In this document: positions 35,094 through 43,886 of the stretch, piece by piece | Position numbering within the stretch: the first letter of the stretch is position 1 | Layout: each line of letters begins with the position of its first letter | Assembly (NCBI GenBank): GCA_964566255.1 | Contig: CAZMID010000001.1 | Coordinates: 10,799 to 74,798 of the forward strand | Source of the DNA: an uncultured Planctomycetia bacterium | GTDB taxonomy: Bacteria; Omnitrophota; Gorgyraeia; Gorgyraeales; Gorgyraeaceae | DNA: 64,000 nt | Reading direction: 5' to 3' | Notes under the pieces: generated by a model | The model's database searches: none | Told to the model about the DNA's origin: nothing | What the model saw: the letters and a program-made list of their open reading frames with translations, nothing else | Position numbers and translations under genes: made by a program

Positions 35094-36152
35094 TTAAGCT
35101 AAACTAATTTTTGCTTCTTTCAATAAAAAATCTATTACTTTTTTGTTTCTTAAATTAAGAGCTATTTCATCAAGCATGTGATTTTTTGACAACTCTTTTC
35201 TTATCTCTTCTTTTGTCTTTTTATATTGAGTAGCAATATCTTCAATGTGTTTTTCAAACTCTTCTTCTTTTATTTGTATCTTTTCAGCCTGAGCTATTTT
35301 GTCCAGTATAAAAAATGCCCTTACCTGACGGATCGCTTGTTTAAGAGAATCTTCTTCTAGTTCTTTTTTATCTTTATCGCTTAATTTAAATTTTTTATCA
35401 GATTTTTCATTTTTCTGAAGGGCTTCCATATATGCAATTCTCATATTGGCTTCTTTCGTCAATCTATTTTTTTCAGCATTAACTAACGATTCGGGGATTT
35501 CAAAGTTTAATCCTTCAATAAGCTGATTTATGAGTTGTACTTCTAAATCAGCTTCCATATCTCTTTGAAGTCTTTGCCCTAAATTATCTTTGACAGCTAC
35601 TTTTAATTTTTCTAAATTTTCAAAACCTAAATCCTTGGCAAACTCATCATCTAACTTTGGTAGGACTTTTTCTTTTTCTTCGCTATCTTTCTTGGGTGTT
35701 TTTTGAGCATTCATCTCTCTTAAAGATTCAAGATTCTTCTGAACATCCTCTTCTTTTACCTCAGTTTTTTTCTTTTTTAACTTTAATCCCTTGTAGTTCT
35801 TCAGGGAAAATTCTGGTCTTGATTCAATACTGGCTTTATAAGAGAGTCCCTCTTTTAGATCAAGCTTTACATCGGTTATATCAGGATAACCTATAGGATC
35901 TAACTTGTGTTCTTCTAAGATTTTTCTATATGTCTGAGGAATAATACGTTTCATAAGCTCTTCCTCTGCGGTCTTTTTATAATGTTTCTCTAGTAAATCC
36001 TTTGGTACCTTTCCAACTCTAAAACCCGGTACCTTAGCATGCCTAGCTATACTATCATAGACCTTATCGAGTTCTAGCTTTACTTTATCAGAAGAAAGCT
36101 TTACTTCTACGATTTTTTTACAATTTTTTAGTTTTTTAATACTTGATTTCAT
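35094..36152 (-). CDS. tig: Trigger factor lacking the FKBP domain
   Basis: VPGFRVGKVP, LPKLDDEFAK, C-terminal chaperone domain; tig-clpP synteny; only 352 aa. Confidence 0.9.
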   Translation of the reverse strand: MKSSIKKLKNCKKIVEVKLSSDKVKLELDKVYDSIARHAKVPGFRVGKVPKDLLEKHYKKTAEEELMKRIIPQTYRKILEEHKLDPIGYPDITDVKLDLKEGLSYKASIESRPEFSLKNYKGLKLKKKKTEVKEEDVQKNLESLREMNAQKTPKKDSEEKEKVLPKLDDEFAKDLGFENLEKLKVAVKDNLGQRLQRDMEADLEVQLINQLIEGLNFEIPESLVNAEKNRLTKEANMRIAYMEALQKNEKSDKKFKLSDKDKKELEEDSLKQAIRQVRAFFILDKIAQAEKIQIKEEEFEKHIEDIATQYKKTKEEIRKELSKNHMLDEIALNLRNKKVIDFLLKEAKISLA

Positions 36153-36154
36153 GG

Positions 36155-36898
36155 TTACATTCGGAATTTCTCACCCAAGTAGATCTTGCGTGCCTTTGGA
36201 TCATTAATCAGATCTTTCTCTTTACCTGATATAAGTATCCTTCCTTCTGCCATTATATACGAACGGTCAGTTATTTCAAGTGTTTCCCTTACATTATGAT
36301 CTGTAAGAAGAATACCTAAGCCTTTCTTCTTAAGATCAGCTATAATCTCTTGTGCATCAGCTACTGCAATTGGATCTATACCACTAAACGGCTCATCCAG
36401 AAGAATGAATAAGGGATTCCCTACTAAGGCCCTTGTTATCTCCAATCTGCGCCTTTCTCCCCCTGAAAGCATATAAGATTTTTTCTTTGAAAGATGTTCA
36501 ATATGTAATTCTGAAAGAAGTTCCTTTGATCTTTTTCTTCTAACAGACCTTGGTAGACTTAATGTTTCGAGTATTGCCATTATGTTTTCTTCTACAGTAA
36601 GTTTTCTGAATATAGACGGCTCCTGTGAAAGATATCCTATCCCGCTACGAGCCCTCCTATACATCGCTAACTTAGTAATATCTTTATTATCGAATATAAT
36701 CCTTCCTTTATCAGGCTTCAACATCCCTACTACCATATAGAACGTTGTAGTTTTCCCTGCACCATTAGGACCTAAGAGCCCAACGACTTCGCCTCTTTTT
36801 ATTTTCATATTTACATCATTTACTACTTTTTTACCGTCGTAGGACTTTGTAAGGTTTTCTATTTTCAATAAGTGTTCGTCAGTATTTTGTTTTTTCAT
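36155..36898 (-). CDS. lptB: LPS export ABC transporter ATPase
   Basis: GPNGAGKTT, LSGGERRR, LLDEPFSGIDP, TDHNVRETL, YLGEKFRM. Confidence 0.96.
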   Translation of the reverse strand: MKKQNTDEHLLKIENLTKSYDGKKVVNDVNMKIKRGEVVGLLGPNGAGKTTTFYMVVGMLKPDKGRIIFDNKDITKLAMYRRARSGIGYLSQEPSIFRKLTVEENIMAILETLSLPRSVRRKRSKELLSELHIEHLSKKKSYMLSGGERRRLEITRALVGNPLFILLDEPFSGIDPIAVADAQEIIADLKKKGLGILLTDHNVRETLEITDRSYIMAEGRILISGKEKDLINDPKARKIYLGEKFRM

Positions 36899-37700
36899 TT
36901 TTGACAACCAGCCTTGGTTTTTCAGGCAATACTAAACGGCCTTCATCGACCAAATAGATTGCCTTTTCACTATAAGTTATATTTCCTTCTTTTATCATTT
37001 TAACATTTCCATTGGCAACTACCTTTTTTATACATCTTGTATCTGAATCGAAATATACATCAATACAGTCTGCTGAAACATCCCCTTCTGGATCTTTCAG
37101 CTTTACATTATTATAAAAAGTAGCACGATTATTTTTGTAATTTAAATCAAATGGGCCATCGCATGTTATAACTGTATCAGATGCTAGATTCTCTAAATCT
37201 GTCCTTGAAGATCTTATATTAGCTACTACATCTTCTTTGAATCTAGTTTTTTTATCTTCCAAATTACAGATGGCACCTTTTCCATTAACCTGAAAATCCT
37301 CTTTTTTCATATTAATATATTCATTAGTAAATATATTCTTATCTTCTGCATTCCAATATAAAGAATCTGTAGTCAATTTTATTCCGTCTGTAGTTTTAGC
37401 TATTACATTATTCTGAAGGTGTACCAGTTGTATCTTTGGATTAAAATCACCCTCTTTTGCTTTTAACTTAAGACCTCCTTTAACTCCAAATGCTACTGCT
37501 GAAGGTTCTGCTATCTTAACTTTATCTTCTCCTATTTCAGCTGATGAACCATTCAATGTCCATTTCTTATCCCCTCTCGTCTCATACTGTACAAGTGAAA
37601 AACCATCAAGGCTCTGTGTAGATTCAACATGCTGCTCCTCCCCAAAACAAAAAGAACATAAATTTAAAATTAATAAAATTGATATTATTATATTATACAT
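36879..37700 (-). CDS. lptC: LptC-like protein fused to a second LptA/OstA-like jellyroll domain
   Basis: N-terminal hydrophobic segment, LTTDSLYW-type LptC region, then VITCDG...ATFYNNV...VVANGNV LptA-like region; upstream of lptB. Confidence 0.72.
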   Translation of the reverse strand: MYNIIISILLILNLCSFCFGEEQHVESTQSLDGFSLVQYETRGDKKWTLNGSSAEIGEDKVKIAEPSAVAFGVKGGLKLKAKEGDFNPKIQLVHLQNNVIAKTTDGIKLTTDSLYWNAEDKNIFTNEYINMKKEDFQVNGKGAICNLEDKKTRFKEDVVANIRSSRTDLENLASDTVITCDGPFDLNYKNNRATFYNNVKLKDPEGDVSADCIDVYFDSDTRCIKKVVANGNVKMIKEGNITYSEKAIYLVDEGRLVLPEKPRLVVKNEKTKY

Positions 37701-38598
37701 TTACTTTTTTATCCTTGGTCTTCCACCTCTCATGAAACCATACCCACTGCGTAGGAAATCTTTTTATCTGATTTTCTATTGTCTTTGTATATCTTTGAGT
37801 ATTTTTTAATATATCCCTATCTCTATCCTGACTTACAGTTATTTCTATTGGTCGTTCAACCATAATTTCATGACCAAAATTCTTTCTTACAATGAAGCAA
37901 GGAATTATAGGAGAATTTGTCAGGCGATTTAATATCGCTGGACCATTAGGTGTATAAGCAGGCTTCCCAAAAAAATCAACAAACACCCCTGAGACACTCT
38001 CCACATCCTGATCAGGCATTATACCTACAAATTCATTTTTCTTAAGAAGTTCTATTACATCTTTGGCTGAGGCCTCTCTATATAATACCTTCACTCCATT
38101 GCGAGATCTAATCCTATGTAAAAACTTCTCAAAGAGCTCTATCCTGATACGCCTTGCTATCACATTTACAGAATATCCTTTTATTGCAAAATAATGTGCT
38201 AATAATTCCCAGTTTCCTAGATGAGCAGATAATACTATACCACCTTTAGCTTCACGAATAAGACGCTTTATTATCTCAAGATTTTCGCACTTTATATACC
38301 TATCTATATTCTTTTTATTAAATTTAGATAGAGATACCACTTCTACAAAATTCTTTCCTAGGTTTTCAAAGACCTCTCGTACTATTAGAGTTTTTTCTTT
38401 CAAAGACCTGGTACGACCAAATGCTACATCAAGATTAGCTAAAGCTACACATCTCTGTCTTCTAAGGATAAAAAAGAAAAACCTACCAAGATATTTCCCT
38501 AGCCTAAGTCCTATCTTGAGTGGTAAAAGATATATAAAAAAGCTAAGGAACTTAAAAAAGATAATTATGATAATGTGTTTCGACTTCTTCTTAGTCAT
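37693..38598 (-). CDS. Lipid A late acyltransferase (LpxL/HtrB family)
   Basis: SAHLGNWEL (HxxxxE), DQ, VDFFG, PTQWVWFHERWK. Confidence 0.9.
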   Translation of the reverse strand: MTKKKSKHIIIIIFFKFLSFFIYLLPLKIGLRLGKYLGRFFFFILRRQRCVALANLDVAFGRTRSLKEKTLIVREVFENLGKNFVEVVSLSKFNKKNIDRYIKCENLEIIKRLIREAKGGIVLSAHLGNWELLAHYFAIKGYSVNVIARRIRIELFEKFLHRIRSRNGVKVLYREASAKDVIELLKKNEFVGIMPDQDVESVSGVFVDFFGKPAYTPNGPAILNRLTNSPIIPCFIVRKNFGHEIMVERPIEITVSQDRDRDILKNTQRYTKTIENQIKRFPTQWVWFHERWKTKDKKVNV

Positions 38599-38607
38599 AG
38601 CCGAAAT

Positions 38608-38637
38608 ATATTATCATATATAGTATATATAAGTCAA
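38608..38637 (-). promoter_or_regulatory. Sigma70-type promoter for the lpxL-lptC-lptB-tig-clpP run
   Basis: TTGACT-N18-TAATAT with extended -10 TG. Confidence 0.5.
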
Positions 38638-38649
38638 TAGGGATTTAAA

Positions 38650-39099
38650 CTAGATAGAATCTACTTTGAGGATGTATCTTTCATCATCTTGCTCTACAAT
38701 TACACTATCTTCATTTATCTCAAGGATCATTGCATCATCAACTATATCTCCGATTGTTACAATATCATTATTTATAATCGCGTAAGGACTATCTTCACTC
38801 CATAAGATTCCATTTAACATAAAGCCTGCCAGACCAGAATCAGACGATATAGATGCACTTCCAGGAAAAAATGGATCTCTCTTCCAGTCTTCTTTAATTG
38901 CAGCTTGTTTTGCCTTAGTCCTTCCAATAGAGATAGGTGCTGAGAAAAAAGATACTGATTTTGTATCTTCTTTAAGTGAGGTTTCTTTTAGTTTACGGAC
39001 TCCTTTGGTTCTACCAATAACCATAAAAATCAAAAATATAACTCCTACAGCAGTTACTGCAAGTTCTATCTTTTGTTTTTTATTCAAGTTTTTCAACAT
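38650..39099 (-). CDS. PilP/GspB/GspC-like pilus assembly accessory protein
   Basis: N-terminal TM, RDPF, LNGILW..YAIINN..VTIGD; follows pilO. Confidence 0.65.
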   Translation of the reverse strand: MLKNLNKKQKIELAVTAVGVIFLIFMVIGRTKGVRKLKETSLKEDTKSVSFFSAPISIGRTKAKQAAIKEDWKRDPFFPGSASISSDSGLAGFMLNGILWSEDSPYAIINNDIVTIGDIVDDAMILEINEDSVIVEQDDERYILKVDSI

Positions 39100-39103
39100 A
39101 AGG

Positions 39104-39715
39104 TTATTTTCCTAGTATGTAACTAGTTAATTCTATATGCGCTCTTATTCTAGGCGCTATATCATCATCCTTTTCAATGTCTACATCTTCTATAGTAATC
39201 ATAGGGGTATTATTTGCCTTAAGGCTCATCAAAAATTCCCCTAATAGACGATATCTTGCTTCAACTGTTAAACTTAAAGGCATGCATTTACATATATAAT
39301 CTGATATATTAAGTTCTTTACCATCATGGCCTTTATAATTTTCAAGATCCCTTGGCGTTACTGAAATAACACTTACACCAAAACGCCTTGCTTCTTTGTT
39401 TAACTCTTTTATTACATTCGATACTTCCTTTTCAGAAGGAAATACATTATCAAGTAAAGCCATATTTTGTTGTATTTCCATAATGCTATCTTTTAAGTTC
39501 TCGCTGCCGCCAATAAAACTATAGAGAGATTCTACTTCTTCTTTTATCTTTTTATATTCAGCTTCTAACATCCGTACCTTTTTTACTTTAGAAACATACA
39601 CGACTTGAAATAATAGGATTATAACTATAGAAATAACAATAGGTTTAATAGCCTTTTTATCCTTTAAAATAGAAGAAAATTTTATATTTTTATATTTATC
39701 TAATATTTTTAACAT
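39104..39715 (-). CDS. pilO: Type IV pilus assembly protein PilO-like
   Basis: TM, coiled coil, PSEKEV, MPLSLTVEARY..LGEFL; follows pilMN. Confidence 0.78.
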   Translation of the reverse strand: MLKILDKYKNIKFSSILKDKKAIKPIVISIVIILLFQVVYVSKVKKVRMLEAEYKKIKEEVESLYSFIGGSENLKDSIMEIQQNMALLDNVFPSEKEVSNVIKELNKEARRFGVSVISVTPRDLENYKGHDGKELNISDYICKCMPLSLTVEARYRLLGEFLMSLKANNTPMITIEDVDIEKDDDIAPRIRAHIELTSYILGK

Positions 39716-41288
39716 TGCACACTATCTCAAAGTTTAATGAGTTATGTGAATAATCTTTGTTCTTTTTACTATATATCAACTTTACCTTTTCAAATAAAGA
39801 AGATCCTTCAAGATTAGACATAAATTTACTTAATTTTTTTCCTCTTAGAATAACACCTGAAAGTTTTATATGAGGTTCTTTATACTTTATAACTAAATTG
39901 TCTAGCAGTACATATGAAGGAGTAAGATTACTTAATTCTTTCATTATCTCCCCTGAATTTATACTTCCGGAAGAGATTATATTTATAGCATGGGTAAATA
40001 CAATCATCTTATCTTTAACAGCTGTTACATCCTTTATAGTTTCCCAATAGGATTTATAAATCTTTATCTGATTATTCAGACTAATTGCTTTTACTGTTAA
40101 AAATAAATAAGAAACCAAAAGCACACTTCCTACTATAAAAGATACTAGTCTTAAAAGCATCTTTTTTAATATAACTCTCTTCTCGTATTTGAATTTTTCA
40201 GGAATAATATTTATCTCGGACTGATTAATTAAAGCTAAACCAGCTGCACAACTGATTTCAGGGAGGATTTCTAGAATTTCAACTGATATTTCCTTCGATA
40301 GATAATCTTTAATACCTTTTAACTTTGAAGTTCCCCCAGAAAGTATAATCTTTTCGACAGAATCATTAAATCTATGTTCATAGTAATCAAGGGACCTTCT
40401 AATCTGATTTGAAAGTTTTTCCAAAACCGGCCTCATCATAGAAAGAACTCTTATATCTTTAGGAATACCTTTTTCGCATTTTAATTTTTCTGCTTCTTCT
40501 TTTGAAAAATTAATCTTTCCTTTATCCGAGACTAAAACACCCGTCATTGCCTCTGTAATAGTATCTCCGCCTATAGATACATCTCTTGCAAAACATAACT
40601 TTCCATTTTCAATTATAGATATCTTTGTCTTTACGCTTCCTATATCTACGATAGCCACTTTTTCTCCTGAAGGAACTATATTTAGATTAGTTATATAATT
40701 AGTGAGGGCGAACTCTACAGGAAATACATCCTGTATGTTCAATCCAAAACTTTTTAACTCATTTACCTTTTCTTCTATATTATCTTCTCTATATACTATT
40801 GCAATTAAATCTATCTTTTTAGAGTCATTTTCTTCTCTTTCGCCTAAAATACTGAATTTTATTCTTGCTGTATCTATATTAAACTCAATCTCTTCTTTTA
40901 ATTCCCATCTTAACGCCTCTTCTATTTCTTCTTTAGGCATAAAAGGAATACTGGCCCTTCTTATGGCAAGATTATCAATATCAAAACCTAATGATATTTC
41001 CTCCTCAGGCCCTATATTCATATCTTTATTTAAATCTCTAAGGTGGGTTATTTCTTTTACAGTATTATCTTCAATAGAAAAATCCTTACTACTCCTTTTA
41101 ACTCTAACAGCCTTAAAATGTTTCAATCCTAGATCTAAGCCAATAACCTTTCTTTGAGACGCCTTTTTACCTGCAGCAGAAAGAAGTACCTTGGCCTCTT
41201 TTTTAAGTTGTTCTATATAAGGTCCTAGAATCTTCTTTATTTTTTCTTTCAATGCATTGATTGTCTTTAAAAGATTTTGCATATCCAT
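39696..41288 (-). CDS. PilM-PilN fusion
   Basis: Actin-like VIGLDLG, AIVDIG, IGGDTIT, IILSGGTS; then INIIP, TM, coiled coil and PilN-like domain. Confidence 0.82.
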   Translation of the reverse strand: MDMQNLLKTINALKEKIKKILGPYIEQLKKEAKVLLSAAGKKASQRKVIGLDLGLKHFKAVRVKRSSKDFSIEDNTVKEITHLRDLNKDMNIGPEEEISLGFDIDNLAIRRASIPFMPKEEIEEALRWELKEEIEFNIDTARIKFSILGEREENDSKKIDLIAIVYREDNIEEKVNELKSFGLNIQDVFPVEFALTNYITNLNIVPSGEKVAIVDIGSVKTKISIIENGKLCFARDVSIGGDTITEAMTGVLVSDKGKINFSKEEAEKLKCEKGIPKDIRVLSMMRPVLEKLSNQIRRSLDYYEHRFNDSVEKIILSGGTSKLKGIKDYLSKEISVEILEILPEISCAAGLALINQSEINIIPEKFKYEKRVILKKMLLRLVSFIVGSVLLVSYLFLTVKAISLNNQIKIYKSYWETIKDVTAVKDKMIVFTHAINIISSGSINSGEIMKELSNLTPSYVLLDNLVIKYKEPHIKLSGVILRGKKLSKFMSNLEGSSLFEKVKLIYSKKNKDYSHNSLNFEIVCNVKNIR

Positions 41289-41318
41289 ATTATACTACCA
41301 TACTTATAAGGATTCATG

Positions 41319-42485
41319 CTAATAATTTTCATCCCAATCATCTTCTAATCTCACTGTAGCAGGACCTGCTTCCATCCCAGTAGGAATTCCGCCGAGAACG
41401 GATTCGTCATATGTAACGGTTACATTATTTTGAATCTTGTCGCCATCGTATTCATCTGAAATAACACAGCCTGTAACGTCTGCATAATTCTTCAGTTCCA
41501 TTAGAGAAGCAAAGATCATTCCTCTCATTTGACTGTTGTTTTGTAGAGTTATTTTTTTACCTGAAGTAGGGGCGAGAATATTCCCTGCCTCTAAAATGGC
41601 GTCATTCTGAAGAGTGTAATCCTCTCTTGCATAGACCAATGTTCCGCTAGCTACTTCTCCATTGTTCTGCATCTTTACTGATTTTTTTGTTATAATAGTA
41701 ACATTTTCTGTAATAGTACCAAAATTCTTAAGCTCCACATCATCTGTGGCCACAATAGTTCCTGGCCCAACAAGCGTTGCACTGCTCTGAACCGTGACCT
41801 TTTCATAATACTCTGTATCGCCATTCAGATTGTGGGTAGTATCGCCACCTAAATCCAAATCGTCATCGGCTTCACCTTCTGCCGTAGAGATCTGCTCATC
41901 ATACCAGCTAGTGTCAAATTCCGGATATTCTGGTATTGGATCCGGAGGCCCTTCTGCCTCAGTATACTCTCCTCCCCCACTCACATCATCCGCATAGATC
42001 AAACCCCCTGTAACACTGGCATTGTTGGCTACTTCCACATCTTCATTGCAATAGACATCTCCTACAATTGCAACGTTATTGTCTATCAATAAGTCATTAC
42101 TATTTGCAAAGATAACATAGTCAAATACAGCCGATGTCACAACCGCACTCTGTGTAACCTCCCGAGTTACATCATCTACAGTTGCTGTAGAAGTTATCGT
42201 ATAGGTACTCCCATCCCTTGAGACAGCTACAGAATAACTTCCTGTGTCAAAATCCTCCTCAACTGTAGTAGGATCTGCTCTAAAATCTGACTCATTCTTA
42301 AGCTTACCTATAACTCTTTGCAATCCTGCTTCAGCTATATAAAATGCCTGCTGTATCTGCATATTAGCAACGGAAGTACTTAGAGTAGTAGATATTGTAG
42401 ATGATACTGCAATCGACAGGCTAGCTGCTAGTAGCATAACAATAATAACTGCAATCAAAGAAATACCTTTTGAATTTATCTTCAT
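41319..42485 (-). CDS. PilX-like minor pilin with acidic beta-helix-like C-terminus
   Basis: KG|ISLIAV plus hydrophobic helix, QAFYIAEAGL; recurring LQNN-type units. Start re-called at ATG 42485. Confidence 0.78.
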   Translation of the reverse strand: MKINSKGISLIAVIIVMLLAASLSIAVSSTISTTLSTSVANMQIQQAFYIAEAGLQRVIGKLKNESDFRADPTTVEEDFDTGSYSVAVSRDGSTYTITSTATVDDVTREVTQSAVVTSAVFDYVIFANSNDLLIDNNVAIVGDVYCNEDVEVANNASVTGGLIYADDVSGGGEYTEAEGPPDPIPEYPEFDTSWYDEQISTAEGEADDDLDLGGDTTHNLNGDTEYYEKVTVQSSATLVGPGTIVATDDVELKNFGTITENVTIITKKSVKMQNNGEVASGTLVYAREDYTLQNDAILEAGNILAPTSGKKITLQNNSQMRGMIFASLMELKNYADVTGCVISDEYDGDKIQNNVTVTYDESVLGGIPTGMEAGPATVRLEDDWDENY

Positions 42486-42489
42486 CCTA

Positions 42490-42990
42490 TTAAAAATTCC
42501 TCGGTGAAATATCTGATTGTAAATAAAAATTTTCTCCATTCTTCGTAAGGGTTATATTTATTCTTATCCTTCTTATATCAGTTGCACCAGGTGCTACATC
42601 TGGTTCTTCGATTTCATCGCCGTCAGCATCAAAATAAGTAAATGCCAAACTTGAAACATCTTCTGCAAGAGTATTAGTGGTTTCATCCTCTGTCCTATCA
42701 AGATCGGTATCACTTAAGGCATATGTTATATCAACACTATCTATATTCTCAAAACTAAATTCTGAAGCATCAGCTGTAGTAACCTTGGCACGATTTTTAA
42801 CCTCTTTTATCTCTCGTGCCATCCTATTCATAGCAAGTCTACCATCGGACAATAAATCTTGTCTGTTAAACTTAAATGTCCATGCATCAATAGCCCCAAG
42901 TAAAATAGAACCAACAATACCTGTTATAATGCCCATTAGTACTATAACTATTACAAGCTCTACTAATGTGAAACCTTTTGACTTTTTCAT
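42490..42990 (-). CDS. Minor pilin (PilW/GspJ-like)
   Basis: KG|FTLVELVIVIV, AMNRMAREI. Confidence 0.85.
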   Translation of the reverse strand: MKKSKGFTLVELVIVIVLMGIITGIVGSILLGAIDAWTFKFNRQDLLSDGRLAMNRMAREIKEVKNRAKVTTADASEFSFENIDSVDITYALSDTDLDRTEDETTNTLAEDVSSLAFTYFDADGDEIEEPDVAPGATDIRRIRINITLTKNGENFYLQSDISPRNF

Positions 42991-42992
42991 AG

Positions 42993-43373
42993 TTAGTAAT
43001 TCGCCAGAATCGTCTTTAAACTTATATCCCCTATTATTGCATTTGTTATGCGTACTTCTACTTGTTTATAATTTTCCATATCCTCATCATCCTCAATATC
43101 CTCAGGTACTGGATCTACTCTAACCTGCCATGAATAATTACTGAAATTTCCTGTAAAATCCTCGGGGGAATCTCTATTTTCATCATCAACGTCTGAGAAA
43201 TCCAATCTTATAACCCTTTCCATTTCTCCTCTTGCTAAGTTCACTGCAACAGCCACAGCTTCATCTCGAGTCGCATTCGTAAACACCCCTGTAAATACAG
43301 CTATTAAACCTAAAGATATAATACCTATAACTACTATTGATATAATTGTCTCTATTAAAGTAAAACCCTTCAT
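42993..43373 (-). CDS. Minor pilin (PilV/GspI-like)
   Basis: KG|FTLIETIISIV, AVNLARGEME. Confidence 0.85.
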   Translation of the reverse strand: MKGFTLIETIISIVVIGIISLGLIAVFTGVFTNATRDEAVAVAVNLARGEMERVIRLDFSDVDDENRDSPEDFTGNFSNYSWQVRVDPVPEDIEDDEDMENYKQVEVRITNAIIGDISLKTILANY

Positions 43374-43867
43374 TGTATTTTAACTTTTCCTGTTACTGGC
43401 TCTATTCTTACTGTTTTAGAAAACGCCCCATCAGCAGTCTGGAGTGTCAAGACACCTTCACTTGATAAGGCATCACCATTCCCGTCATAAGGTTTACCTA
43501 TAGAATCAAATTCTACTGCATCATTAAAATCAGTAGAAGTTATTACTATATCATTAAATTCTGTCATTTCATCAAATTCAACTTCTAAATCACCTTGAGT
43601 ATGTGGATCTGTTGCTTTAGTACCAGTGTTCACTCTATATCCAAAATAGGATTCATCTCCTGTATCAAATGATATCCCAAACCTCACCTGTTGGGCCATT
43701 GCCATCTGCTGCATAAACCGTAAATCTGAGGCTGCCTTCTGACATGCTGCCTGAAGTCTAACACTCCCTTTGGTAGTTGTAATTTTAGGGATTACAGCCA
43801 CTGCTAAAATCCCTACAATGACCAAGATCATCACAAGTTCAATTAATGTAAATCCATCTCTACGCAT
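43370..43867 (-). CDS. Minor pilin (FimT/GspH-like)
   Basis: DG|FTLIELV, SDLRFMQQMAM, FDSIGKP, IEPVTG. Confidence 0.85.
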   Translation of the reverse strand: MRRDGFTLIELVMILVIVGILAVAVIPKITTTKGSVRLQAACQKAASDLRFMQQMAMAQQVRFGISFDTGDESYFGYRVNTGTKATDPHTQGDLEVEFDEMTEFNDIVITSTDFNDAVEFDSIGKPYDGNGDALSSEGVLTLQTADGAFSKTVRIEPVTGKVKIQ

Positions 43868-43886
43868 ACTATACCTATACCATACC

